Part shown: positions 53,801 through 61,497 of the stretch, in pieces
Position numbering within the stretch: the stretch's first letter is position 1
How the letters are laid out: each line of letters starts with the position of its first letter
From: Candidatus Omnitrophota bacterium
GTDB lineage: Bacteria; Omnitrophota; Gorgyraeia; Zapsychrales; Zapsychraceae
Reading direction: 5' to 3'
NCBI GenBank assembly: GCA_029261055.1
Contig: JAJDCA010000044.1
Coordinates: 77,867-141,866, forward strand
Length of the DNA: 64,000 nucleotides
Made by a program: the position numbers and the translations under genes
The notes under the pieces: model-generated
The model's database searches: none
Told to the model about the DNA's origin: nothing
Seen by the model: the letters and a program-made list of their open reading frames with translations, nothing else

Positions 53801-54517
53801 TGGATTCAATCATATCCAGAAACAAAAGTATTAACTGATACCGGCTATTTAGACAAAGATTATAGTGCAGAAAATCCTTATAAATTAAAACATCAAAAAG
53901 ACTATGTAGTTGAGATAGGGACAAAAACAGTTGCTTTTTCTCAGGATTATCTTCAAAAATTACATAAAAAAATCGGAAAAAATATTGAAAAAATACAAAC
54001 AAAAAATTCCGGTTTTTTATATATCAAATTCAAAAATAATAAAAATATCCCCGTTTTTACTAGCGATAAAGAAGGTCAAATAACACTTCCTAATTTTATT
54101 GCTCTTCGGGAACCTTGGAGAACTAATCTTCATCCTGAAACCGAACTTTTCGATTCTGCCATGATCAATATCAAAAACGCCCCCCAAGAAGGTGGTATCA
54201 ACCTTAACATGGCGGCGGCGCAGTTTAAGAGGGTAAAGGATCAAAACGGTGGGGTGGCGCCTTTGTTGAGCAATCAGGAATTGCTCAATCTAAATATTCC
54301 TGGACTGATTCCGAAGCTGCGTAGCCTGACACCATTTATCATTCCACCCGGACTCCCAGCCCTCATCGGCCCAACCGGTTGGTTAAATACTGTACCGGGA
54401 GACAGCACAGATACAACCATCCCCGACCAATTCTCCGCCCTGGGGCCTATGGAGAAAAGACAGCGGTTAATCCTGGTTTCACCCAAGCAATCTTTTGTAA
54501 CGCATGTTATAGGTTAA
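44837..54517 (+). CDS. giant exported modular protein, paralog 3 (3226 aa)
   Basis: AGGAG RBS, signal peptide and conserved N domain to PRRYFSGG. Middle has coiled coils, HEAT-like repeats, PT-rich linkers, an MgtE_N/MotE-like segment, a TM helix and a DUF3179-like CPLC domain. C-terminal GGINLN. Confidence 0.9.
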   Translation: MNIYLEKRKTCLLYRILAAFICFTFIFSSIIPPQRAQAQVMPTSGTILNLPVPGTMVPATDAYQPPIIRGVALNPEDPLNLNFIIDRGDNRLEGKDLENESQKLIKYFLAALTVPEEEMWVNLSPYESDRIIPNTFGDTEMGRDLLAQDYMLKQLTASLMYPEEELGEDFWAKVYDRAYEEYGTTDIPMNTFNKVWIVPEEAEVYEYDANAVVTKSRLKVMLEEDYVALQNNLGVDEFGLNSLSAEDAGITSGISSEVVREIILPEIEWEVNHGKTFANLRQIYNSMILATWYKEALTESFLGQVYIDQNKTEGVDTQDKQINQKIYKQYVEAFNKGVYDYIREDYDPTTELIVPRRYFSGGAAMRTSKKLNVIDIAMLPTSFINRAAAGVSELQLPILEDTETVPDDLTEMDKIDPLASESVPDYLSETDIPVQPLTLSEKFSEFTKSLEGGDIVSASKELGELKGHIDNLQNVERKKVAKSLNKKLNNFKKQLDKLEKINRTIIKKRVRDIKDLNAMPMGIENSEEINYLISKLENFLATGELNLKELEEFKTSYSTSGFKSIREFIANHPRLEKGSKLAVLTVIALSTAVSMGAAATQSESPQEFIKNLINVDTDLNNTAVANLLEIPEIKELGERYLAGELTEKEYESLAETLKNGNPEIQKLIVTIYQTALAQNIDLDEQGSEALQENQSNPLSLFARTENWVSNQLDSDLEAGALTEDSPANIHTLNPQEVRNVMDGLDDIDYEESPDAIKKAIKVVTNYLNLDSTDPTNDKVTQGNIKIAFKILDKIVDQNENNMTPDMKAATSADLISYIQDSQNSADNIISAIKLVSEIGGENNLEELKTFNKDLKNKYEKSVNEGKQLEQELKQLKRNLDNNPYPKGSFARDIDQNTYDNTLESLKVNQDNIKNLDKIIDTMGDVINDITEREGIVDHQKINELKSQETKLQKEIEQSVSEVKQLKEELKQLKQNLDNNPYPKGDFARDIDQNTYDNTKDALEDKEGDLKKQQDQLKVVEKSLKQIEKGNQGDGLLTRGVKAVTGAAKTVVNVISGDDTQESPTAETIEKIRADLQKKALSDLRSNESSVRRAAVNLLSDIGDEEAIKRLDKIANNDTNPVIKIEASTALDNIQERAGEPPSTIATDEVIKQLESKLQQLEEDAPLNPDGTTKTLSDFPHPGGTKANYGDFMEYGRQRAAIDELQSQIDDLKEILASFTTASAGGEAAGGGDGSGGPDDDDKKSKEALKTLPSVSQITSTHIANIENSSDESVKQESLKVLTRAALDGILSEKDIKNVIATIEELPTPDGIIEKEQAYTIKMQTKVLELMQDILNRMDSDNDRQKSLSTVTELSKSDLGIPANSSVNTLGTGQFAGNIENVKDLFVDSFKTAGDSLPELMKMSASPTNTLSNPRIGSSFFSESGVEKFADIPFDLNDSSDRWLLNKVVSFLETNVISSDVDDYFKTNIIKALTALGLPRSIDVISSIDTTDIDLKQDIEKTITTLQQRWGITPPSNIVPETEDQANTKLTERLHQFDNSKVRALTPDIVNDAIKGMDHPDNETKQTAIHIIGDVLGSKIPVPDEVIDKLIASTGTSTPELQVPSFKALFEGALNNKISQENIETVQSMPYDPTSDAQNRDREILIEIYQVKQNITDVQMNNDAPLVQKTAITDLEEKIKKTTGSNIPILRDRLIPEALETLVAQTYNPNVETSVREHAIISVGNLADSTPGITHENFKNYIPEGSNKSIGETLTYLATNDLDEGVQNAAKEALKKIDLVSTAPTVILSPKPVEIPTPTENAEIKAQINEISSIDPTNFTSDDITAVVAGIEHPTKEIQKAAVEKAGDIIENNKKPPQQLVDGFIKNLTDDTGKNNIPIYNELLNAIRQDKVLTDQGDTLRKIANDDNDPRSSVAKNFHDDYLLHQEIFKLSSDSLKDNSFGRTTIIYNLQEFIINSQTLEHLSGIDAIAKLAIDDSNFLVREVAVTVLGSLTDVDRFSNIKDHKPEGVGGTIEDIVKAIATASIESGLTNDEKEAAQDLKTAAQEALVKLQSSTQSAKPTITPGPTETASPTPTPGPSPTPNATPDPTSTDDTANLENFNTKISKINDEMKIFKHKYANKDIPEAEAQQIQILLKEMKNLVKNTIEKGNVTPEMVDQINTTSSTFNIHGVLKVDSHEDYTGTHGEKLNTNLVIYLDNDGYITADKIEIPDPSPTPSATPTSTPIVTPTPTPEGNMQLLANIYANMKPKDAANLMSNMDTETAKKMIPLMPQEKVTKILELMDPLQAENINPQTTPTTEAEIGSKIDDLLESLSKPIDGKKDPKNYGTDKKPMFALSIVGISPDTQSRESVIDELVVLAKNNPEATNQILTKLFDHKYIQSHLDKNNQSLAPLISILERIDPGLKLVEDKIQTLINSPNLDVSTAGNIFLLSQTLEVKGIYEEFKNVLSAIDRSDTNSLKNDIEALLREVFQFFYDDNQDKKDLRIEKNVQDNIVKIGNLLKDMAKQNPEQLTSAKAYDIIDNADYLTLDDKNRIKAQISTGQGYYAIVYLLLVGVVGSISGAILIQRKKSFNKKLAAIHDAIVKDKHYLTAITLFNDEKFKGRKRRQVIQHIQTIADNQNNQFERTVQSLAQSILQEIQSGGDDNDLKKIVVKTPSNTSTDGGESEEKTAVDLISRGETQITEVLNLVSTSKWTNEKATWIRSSAALLRKLRNNFEKQLTLLNPTDAKKAKIMLMSQLKTLSKYSNLQWTKENFKNEKKFLESVVNTYQSSIESSTQFSIHQQQLQTISMLNTLFLFMGRTHELPHSEITLEPKEKIVDGFTGLPPEEVTEVHKDIFSILNDWAVDTVVGKAALKVPGFATKDSVIGIEYNGEAFAIRMKENNKHEGINVVVGGKKFIVPVCPLCQYVAFDADDLAKNMGFEGEDVVGFVSGLLRQTGLNHPNGFGVMLLGERSSQNLISLHKRMFLTGPNKGEPLKVHPITLTTLNEWIQSYPETKVLTDTGYLDKDYSAENPYKLKHQKDYVVEIGTKTVAFSQDYLQKLHKKIGKNIEKIQTKNSGFLYIKFKNNKNIPVFTSDKEGQITLPNFIALREPWRTNLHPETELFDSAMINIKNAPQEGGINLNMAAAQFKRVKDQNGGVAPLLSNQELLNLNIPGLIPKLRSLTPFIIPPGLPALIGPTGWLNTVPGDSTDTTIPDQFSALGPMEKRQRLILVSPKQSFVTHVIG
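47445..47830 (+). repeat. internal ~95-bp direct repeat, 291 bp apart
   Basis: ELKQLK(R/Q)NLDNNPYPKG(S/D)FARDIDQNTYDNT occurs twice (47445-47539 and 47736-47830). Confidence 0.9.
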
Positions 54518-54572
54518 ATAGTTATCAAAATAAAAGAATGGAAGCTCATTAAAAATAGTGTATACTTTAAAT

Positions 54573-55046
54573 ATGAAAAAGTTACGAATATACATGGACA
54601 CATCAATTTACAACTTTGTGATTGCTGATGATGTTCCCCGCGAAAGGGAAGTCACATTAAAACTGATTGACGAAATTAAACATGGTAAATATGAAGTGTT
54701 TATCTCTGATGTTGTTGTACGTGAAATAAACGACGCCCCGGATAATATTGCGTTAAAATTACGAGATGTGATCAATGAGGTCAGCCCAACAGATATTCCT
54801 ATTGATGAAGAAGTGGAAACTTTGGCGGACAAATATGTGGCCGAAAAAATTATTCCTGAAAAATATCGCGACGATGCCCTTCATATAGCTGCAGCATCTA
54901 TTCATAATATGGATGTTATTGTTAGCTGGAATTTTAAGCATATTGTCAAATTAAAAACAAAAAAAGAAGTTGTCGGCATTAATTCATTAATGGGATATAA
55001 AGAAATTGAAATATATTCCCCTATGGAGGTTATTGAAAATGATTAA
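54573..55046 (+). CDS. PIN-domain protein
   Basis: IYMDTS, VVREI, DDALHIAAA, VSWNFKHIV. Confidence 0.9.
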   Translation: MKKLRIYMDTSIYNFVIADDVPREREVTLKLIDEIKHGKYEVFISDVVVREINDAPDNIALKLRDVINEVSPTDIPIDEEVETLADKYVAEKIIPEKYRDDALHIAAASIHNMDVIVSWNFKHIVKLKTKKEVVGINSLMGYKEIEIYSPMEVIEND

Positions 55047-55209
55047 AGAACCCAAACCTATGCAAGAAATTCATGCCATTCAAGAAAAAATTTATGAGGA
55101 AGAAAAAAATCTAACAGTCAAAGAAAAATTAAATCGTCTTCATGAAAAAGCAATGGCTGCAAAAAACCGATTGGGGTTAAAAATTAAAACTTTATCTCAA
55201 ACTGTATAA
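55039..55209 (+). CDS. small partner of the PIN protein (putative antitoxin, toxin-first order)
   Basis: 56 aa, GGAGG RBS, overlaps the PIN gene end. Confidence 0.7.
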   Translation: MIKEPKPMQEIHAIQEKIYEEEKNLTVKEKLNRLHEKAMAAKNRLGLKIKTLSQTV

Positions 55210-55217
55210 AAGGCTTC

Positions 55218-55474
55218 CGCCTTTGTTGAGTAATCAGGAATTGCTTAATTTGAATATTATCGGACTCGTGCCTGACCTCCGTAGTATCACACCATTTATC
55301 GTTCCCCCCGGACTCCCAGCCCTCATCGGCCCAACTGGTTGGCTGAACACTGTACCGGATGACACGCAAGACACAACCACCCACGACCAGTTCTCCGCCC
55401 TAGGGCCTATGAAGAAAAGACAGAGGTTAACTCTAGTTTCGCCAAAACGATTCTTTGTGGCGAATGTTGTATAA
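55218..55474 (+). pseudogene. orphan copy of the paralog-3 C-terminus
   Basis: Gap-free match to 54258-54510 (49 mismatches in 250 nt counted by hand); frame open; no N-terminal part or clear RBS. Confidence 0.85.
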
Positions 55475-55573
55475 AGTGCAATTATCCAGCCTTCATTGGC
55501 TAAACTGATTACCCATTTCCACAATTTCACCGACGAGATATATCCTAAATTCCAAAATTATCGACCAAGAAAT

Positions 55574-55607
55574 AAATTGGCGCAGCGCCTTGAAATATGG
55601 CATACTT
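55574..55607 (+). promoter_or_regulatory. putative promoter of paralog 4
   Basis: AAATTGGC...AAATATGGCATACTT, matching 44681-44714. Confidence 0.55.
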
Positions 55608-55645
55608 TTACTAAAGTTATAAAACCATAATACAATTTTAGAACT

Positions 55646-58600
55646 ATGAATAATTATTTACATTTCAGACAAAAAAATTTAGGTTATCGTATTTTAGCTG
55701 TTTTTGTGTGTTTTACATTTATAGCTGCTACGCTGACACCGCCGCAATACGCCCACGCGCAGGTTGCGCCTACCGCCGGGACTGTTCTTAATCTTCCTTT
55801 CCCCGGAAGCATGATTCAATCGACCGATGCGTTTACGCCTGTTTCTCTGTGGGGCATAACGCTTGATCCTCAGGATCCATTTAAATTTTATTTCACACTC
55901 GATAAAGGGCATACCGGTTTATCCGGTGAGGATTTGGAAGCGGAGGCGACACAATTGGCGAAATATTTTCTGGCGGCCTTAACCGTTCCGGAAGAAGAAA
56001 TGTGGGTAAATCTTTCGCCGTATGAAAAAAATCGTATCATTCCGCAAAGCTTCGGGGATACCGAAATGGGACGTGATCTATTGGCCCAGGATTATCTTTT
56101 AAAGCAACTCACCGCCTCGTTAATGTATCCAGAAGAGGATATTGGGGAAAATTTTTGGGAACGCATTTACGCCAAAGCCTATGAAAAGTATGGGACAACC
56201 GATATTCCGATGGATACGTTTCACAAGGTCTGGATCGTGCCGGAGCGTGCGCGTGTGGTGGAGGAAGGTAACAGTGCGTATATTGTGGATAGTTATTTGA
56301 AGGTGATGTTAGAGGATGATTATGTTGCTGCGCAACATAATCGTGGCGCGTCGCTCGTGACTCGTGACTCGGAAATAAAATCAAATTTGAAACGCGCCAC
56401 GCGTCACGAGCGACTAGCGACGAACCTTATCCGCGAAATAATCATTCCCGAAATCGAACGCGAGGTCAATGAAGGCGCAACATTCGCGAAGTTACGGCAG
56501 ATTTACCAATCCATGATTCTGGCCACATGGTACAAAATCCGCATGGAAGAAAGCCTGCTCGGTCAAATTTATGTCGATCAAAACAAAACCAAAGGTGTCG
56601 ATACGCATGATAAAAAAATAAATCAAAAAATCTACAATCAATATATCGCCGCCTTCCAGGAAGGCGTTTACGACTACATCAAAGAAGACTACGACCCAAT
56701 CACCCAAACCATTGTCCCGCGTAAATATTTTTCGGGGGGATTTTCTGGAAAACTAAGAAATTTCCTTATTATTATGAGCGCTACAGCAGCAATTAGTGCG
56801 GGCATCATATTCTCCAATTTAGGAATATCCAACGCAGGTACTTTTGATAGCCCAGGAAAAGAAACAGTTGCTGTAAGTCTGGTTAGTACTTCAAATAAAG
56901 GTCCTTCTACAATTAGAGATAGAAATAATGAAATACGTAAAAAACGCCATTCTAATAAAACCACTGTTGTTCAAAAAAAGGAAACCTTAAAAAAACCCCA
57001 AGAACAGAGTAATCCAATAAAAAACCTTACTTGGCAATTTAATGACAGTCTCAATGAAATAACAAAAAATAAGAAACAGGTCTCATCAACAACTGTAATT
57101 CAGCCCAATGATCCGTTGACTCCACTCGCAGATAATAAAATAACGCCTGAAACAAAAACAGACGACAATCAAGAAATTTCGAAACCGAAAGTGACAGTAG
57201 TTGATGAACCTCAGGATAATAACCTGAATGAATCAAATGAAATAAAAGTAACCGAAACATCGATAAAACAATCAAACGAAACCACTGAGCAGCCATCCAT
57301 ATCCGATGTCGACACTACTACTGAACAAAATGTCCAAACCACTCAAAATGATACTCTGGAAATCCAACCCCTGTCCATAGAAACTGACACTACGAAAGAG
57401 GAAAAATCCTCTTCAGGAAGTGACATACAAATTACAGAAACTATCAAAGAACCTACTACCAGCACCCAAGAACTAGTAAACCAATTTAAAAAAGATATTT
57501 CCGGAAACATTGATATTGAAGAAAATAAGCTTGCTGCAATACCTATTGCTCAACATTTAAAAGACAATCCTACTGATTGGGATGAATTTGCAAATATGGT
57601 TTTAACTGACCCAGATTATGATACGATCACCAAAATACTTCCCAATTTGTATTCGGTAGTTGATTTTGATAAATTGGAAATTTTACTTAAAAATCTTTCC
57701 GAAAGTCTATACGGCTATTGGAATTCCGTATTACAAAATAAGGCCACGAAAATACTCGAAGACCTCCAGCAGAAAGAATTCGACAGGATAATAAATAACT
57801 TCGTTAGTACCATTATTAATGGTGAATTAAATGATTATGACACTCACGAATACCCATTGATTGCCTTCGTAAAAAAACATCGCTTTCTATACCCAAAAAT
57901 GCAAGACACCTTATCTAATTATGACAATCAAGCAGTTAGAAAAATTTACCAACAGGATATTCTTCCGGAATTTGAAAATAGTGCAATCAAGACTATTAAA
58001 AATAAAGTACCGGAAAATGTCGACAATAAAGCCTCACAATTTATTAAAGAAAGACTTCCTGGTGATGAAGTTGAATCCATTAATATCGATATCAATAACC
58101 TTATGCCTTCCGGAGGTGTGGGGGAAACCTTATTAACAAATTATTTAAAAGAAAAAGGCATATACCTAATTTCTCTATTGTTAGGCGTAGGGAGCCTTGG
58201 CTTTTTTATATTGATTTGGGGGAAAAAATGGATATCAGAATTTTTTATGAAAAGAACATCTGTTAACTCTACTACATCAAGAAATATTAATAAAACATCA
58301 AACAAACAAATGCAAATTAATCCTATCAAAACCAATTTTCCACCGAATAACTCTCCAAAATCTATTGAAGATCCTAATAATGCACCTACTTTTCTAAATA
58401 CAATTCAACGTAAACCTTCTTGGATCATTGATGTACCGTCATCGATTTATGATGTACAAATGAAATTATCCCAAAAAAATATCAAACTAAAAAATGATTT
58501 ACTAAATATCATTGTAAATGTGGCAAAACCCACCAGATCTGATCTAAATACTGTCAAAGCTATCAAAATAGCACAAAAACTTGATTTTCACATTGCAAGC

Positions 58601-59590
58601 GATGTCTTGTATTATTTGATACTTAGAGAAGGGGACAGTGATGAAATTAAAAATGTATTTAAAGGCATTGCCAAAATAGCCAGGTTTATCCTTGAAGAAA
58701 GTAAAATTGAGAAGACATATTTTGACTCATTGTTGAAAGGTACTGTTAACGAATCTGCACGTGGAATAACTCCAGAAATGATTACTGTTTGGATAAACAA
58801 TTTAACGTCTTCTGATGTTAAAATAAATCATGAAGCAGCCGATCACCTTATTGAAGTTGTCGCAGGGATGACCACTGAAAGTAGTACAACGTTGCTGCCA
58901 CAGGAAAAAATTTCACAAATTATTGCAAATCTAAATACTCATTCTCCAGGGACTGTTTTTTATTCAAGCATGGTTCTGCGCGCATTGCTTTACAAGAGTA
59001 TTTATGTGATTAAACAATTGCAGAATAATAAAAATGAAAAAACCAATTTAGTTTTGAATGATGCTATCGACCAAATTGAAATTATCCAAACACGCGGACA
59101 TAATGCAATTGTTAATGATAAAAATACAATGCCTTTAAGGTTACCTTTCCTAAATGGTTACCCATCAGAATTAAAAAAGGTGATATCCATGGAAAAATTA
59201 AGGAAATCTAATATTAGAAATCGAGCAGTCACTAATCGATTAGATGAAGTAGTGAAGCATGCTGACGATCTGGCTGTTGATATTGCCATGCACGTAAACC
59301 AAGACGAAGAGTTAGGCTACGGTGGTATCAACCTGGACCGTGCAATGATGGATTTTGTGATTGAGCGGGATGCGGAAGGGATGCCATTGCCGGTCAGCCA
59401 ACAGCCAGTGGAGCATATCCGTATGAATCTGGAAGGTTTCCGACCGATCGTGGAAATCGCTCCGTTGATCTTGCCGGCGTTCTTAAGTTTACTTGATCAA
59501 AACGCCCCCAACACACATCCCAACCAGGATGAACTTTCCGCCCTAAGCCCCGTAGATAAAAAAAATCTAATAAACTCCGCAGCATTTTAA
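55646..59590 (+). CDS. large exported modular protein, paralog 4 (1314 aa)
   Basis: Signal peptide and conserved N domain to PRKYFSGG; second signal-like segment, T/E/N-rich stalk and TM helix; DIAM...GGINLD...IERDAEGMPLP. Confidence 0.9.
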   Translation: MNNYLHFRQKNLGYRILAVFVCFTFIAATLTPPQYAHAQVAPTAGTVLNLPFPGSMIQSTDAFTPVSLWGITLDPQDPFKFYFTLDKGHTGLSGEDLEAEATQLAKYFLAALTVPEEEMWVNLSPYEKNRIIPQSFGDTEMGRDLLAQDYLLKQLTASLMYPEEDIGENFWERIYAKAYEKYGTTDIPMDTFHKVWIVPERARVVEEGNSAYIVDSYLKVMLEDDYVAAQHNRGASLVTRDSEIKSNLKRATRHERLATNLIREIIIPEIEREVNEGATFAKLRQIYQSMILATWYKIRMEESLLGQIYVDQNKTKGVDTHDKKINQKIYNQYIAAFQEGVYDYIKEDYDPITQTIVPRKYFSGGFSGKLRNFLIIMSATAAISAGIIFSNLGISNAGTFDSPGKETVAVSLVSTSNKGPSTIRDRNNEIRKKRHSNKTTVVQKKETLKKPQEQSNPIKNLTWQFNDSLNEITKNKKQVSSTTVIQPNDPLTPLADNKITPETKTDDNQEISKPKVTVVDEPQDNNLNESNEIKVTETSIKQSNETTEQPSISDVDTTTEQNVQTTQNDTLEIQPLSIETDTTKEEKSSSGSDIQITETIKEPTTSTQELVNQFKKDISGNIDIEENKLAAIPIAQHLKDNPTDWDEFANMVLTDPDYDTITKILPNLYSVVDFDKLEILLKNLSESLYGYWNSVLQNKATKILEDLQQKEFDRIINNFVSTIINGELNDYDTHEYPLIAFVKKHRFLYPKMQDTLSNYDNQAVRKIYQQDILPEFENSAIKTIKNKVPENVDNKASQFIKERLPGDEVESINIDINNLMPSGGVGETLLTNYLKEKGIYLISLLLGVGSLGFFILIWGKKWISEFFMKRTSVNSTTSRNINKTSNKQMQINPIKTNFPPNNSPKSIEDPNNAPTFLNTIQRKPSWIIDVPSSIYDVQMKLSQKNIKLKNDLLNIIVNVAKPTRSDLNTVKAIKIAQKLDFHIASDVLYYLILREGDSDEIKNVFKGIAKIARFILEESKIEKTYFDSLLKGTVNESARGITPEMITVWINNLTSSDVKINHEAADHLIEVVAGMTTESSTTLLPQEKISQIIANLNTHSPGTVFYSSMVLRALLYKSIYVIKQLQNNKNEKTNLVLNDAIDQIEIIQTRGHNAIVNDKNTMPLRLPFLNGYPSELKKVISMEKLRKSNIRNRAVTNRLDEVVKHADDLAVDIAMHVNQDEELGYGGINLDRAMMDFVIERDAEGMPLPVSQQPVEHIRMNLEGFRPIVEIAPLILPAFLSLLDQNAPNTHPNQDELSALSPVDKKNLINSAAF
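56341..56423. repeat. heptamer-periodic palindrome in-frame in paralog 4
   Basis: TCGTGGC-GCGTCGC-TCGTGAC-TCGTGAC-TCG / AT spacer / CGCGCCA-CGCGTCA-CGAGCGA-CTAGCGA-CGA. Confidence 0.85.
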
Positions 59591-59593
59591 AAC

Positions 59594-59630
59594 TTGACAT
59601 TTCCCTCTAATATGTCATACTTTGTATGAC
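59594..59630 (+). promoter_or_regulatory. TA promoter with palindromic operator
   Basis: TTGACA(59594)-16 nt-CATACT; GTCATAC-TTT-GTATGAC overlaps the -10. Confidence 0.65.
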
Positions 59631-59643
59631 GGAGGTGATAAAA

Positions 59644-59898
59644 ATGAGAATAAATGCACGATTAGACTCAATTTATGAAGATAAAATCAAGCGCCTTGCC
59701 CATGAAACAAAAGAAAATGTCACAAATGTTTTAAAAAAGGCGATTGACTTGTATTATCAACATATCCAAAATACAACAAAACAACATACAGATATTATTC
59801 TTAAATCTACCTTTATCGGCTGCGCCGATGGTGACAAAAATCTTTCTAGCAATTACAAAAAACTCTTAAAAACATCATTAAAGAAAAAATGGTCATAG
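59644..59898 (+). CDS. ribbon-helix-helix (CopG-like) antitoxin
   Basis: MRINARLD...VTNVLKKAIDLY...LSSNYK; GGAGG RBS. Confidence 0.85.
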   Translation: MRINARLDSIYEDKIKRLAHETKENVTNVLKKAIDLYYQHIQNTTKQHTDIILKSTFIGCADGDKNLSSNYKKLLKTSLKKKWS

Positions 59899-60308
59899 TC
59901 GATACTGGATTTTGGTTGGCTTTAGCGAACAATCGTGATCGATTTCATGATAAAGCGATTAACGTTTTAGAAAATTTATCCGAATCACTCATCACTACAT
60001 GGCCTGTTTTAACAGAAACATGCCATCTTTTGCTTAATCAACTAGGTCATCCCGCCTTGGAGAATTTTCTTCACATGTTTAGTCAAGGAGCTTTTTCTAC
60101 ATTTCCTTTAACGGATGAACATGCTTCACGGATAGAAAAACTTATTAAGAAATACAAAGATCTTCCTATGGACTTGGCTGATGCCTCCTTAGTGATCCTT
60201 GCTGAAGAACTGGGCCAAGGAAGAATTCTTTCAACGGATTTAAGAGATTTCCACACATATCGATGGAAACAGCATAAACCTTTTAAAAATCTTCTGATTG
60301 AAAATTAA
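59889..60308 (+). CDS. VapC/PIN toxin
   Basis: IVDTGFW, VLTETC, PMDLADASL, ILSTD. Confidence 0.92.
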   Translation: MVIVDTGFWLALANNRDRFHDKAINVLENLSESLITTWPVLTETCHLLLNQLGHPALENFLHMFSQGAFSTFPLTDEHASRIEKLIKKYKDLPMDLADASLVILAEELGQGRILSTDLRDFHTYRWKQHKPFKNLLIEN

Positions 60309-60348
60309 CATTCAAGAAATTGTCCAAAAGTAATTTAGACAACTCCTA

Positions 60349-61497
60349 ATGAAAAATTACACTCAAGATTTTCACCCATTCAAAGATCATATTTGGCTCA
60401 ACGCAGCCAGTGAAGGGCCTTTGCCTGTTTGTGCGGCTAAGGCCTTAGAAGAAGCTGTGCATTGGAAAAGCCTGCCGTACCTACTGGATATTCCAAAATT
60501 TGCTTCTGTCCCTGTCGGGCTTAAATCCAGTATCGGTAAACTGATTGGTGTGCCAGGGCGTGATGTGATTTTGGCCAATAGCGCCAGTTACGGTTTGCAT
60601 TTGTTGGCCAACGGGCTTCCCTGGCAAAAAAGGGATGAAATCCTTTTGATGCAAAATGATTTTCCAACGGATATCCTTCCGTGGCTGGCTCTTGAAAAAC
60701 AAGGCGTTAAAATTTCTCAAATCCCACCCAAAAAACATCTCCTGACACCGGATGAACTCCTGGCAAATATCACACCCCAAACAAAACTTGTCTGCCTGTC
60801 GCACGTCCATACATTTTCCGGGTTTATTTTAGACATACCAAAAATTGCCAAAATCTGCCAAGACAAAGGCATTTTGTTTGTCTTAAATATTTCTCAATCC
60901 GTAGGAAGCCTGCCGGTGGATATTTCCCAATTCCCTGTGGATGCGGTTGTGTCGGCCGGTTACAAATGGCTCTGTGGTCCGTACGGCACAGGGTTTTGCT
61001 GGATCAAGCCGGAGGTGAGGGAACAGCTTAACCTGAACCATGCTTATTGGGTTTCGCTAATGTCAGAACAAGATTTAAAAAGCACAGGTCCGCTATCCCT
61101 GAAGGAAGATACTTCGGCGCGAAAATTTGACATGTTCGGCACCGCAAACTTTTTTAATTTTGTCCCATTCAAAACAGCCATTGATTATTGGCTGGATATT
61201 GGATTAGAAAACGTCGCCACACACAATCAAAATTTAATCGATTACTTCATTGATCAACTCCCTGAAAGCACTTATGATTGCATCAGCCCGAAAGAGAAAG
61301 TTGAGCGATCTGGGCTAGTAGTGATTTCTCACAAAACTAAAGGGAACAATGCTAGAATATGGAGTAACGTGACGGCCAAAGGTATTCATACGGCTCTTTG
61401 GAAAAACAATATCCGCATCAGCCCTCATGTGTACAATACACAGGCCGAAATGGATATGTTGCTTGAAACTTTAAAAAAGGAATCGAAATGCACATAA
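60349..61497 (+). CDS. class V PLP-dependent aminotransferase (cysteine desulfurase/kynureninase-like)
   Basis: WLNAASEGP, SAGYKWLCGPYG, IRISPHVYNT. Confidence 0.9.
   Translation: MKNYTQDFHPFKDHIWLNAASEGPLPVCAAKALEEAVHWKSLPYLLDIPKFASVPVGLKSSIGKLIGVPGRDVILANSASYGLHLLANGLPWQKRDEILLMQNDFPTDILPWLALEKQGVKISQIPPKKHLLTPDELLANITPQTKLVCLSHVHTFSGFILDIPKIAKICQDKGILFVLNISQSVGSLPVDISQFPVDAVVSAGYKWLCGPYGTGFCWIKPEVREQLNLNHAYWVSLMSEQDLKSTGPLSLKEDTSARKFDMFGTANFFNFVPFKTAIDYWLDIGLENVATHNQNLIDYFIDQLPESTYDCISPKEKVERSGLVVISHKTKGNNARIWSNVTAKGIHTALWKNNIRISPHVYNTQAEMDMLLETLKKESKCT

Noticed and set aside
54258-55474. DGR template/variable repeat pair
   Set aside because: Mismatches involve all four bases and many are synonymous rather than adenine-specific; no reverse transcriptase is in the window.
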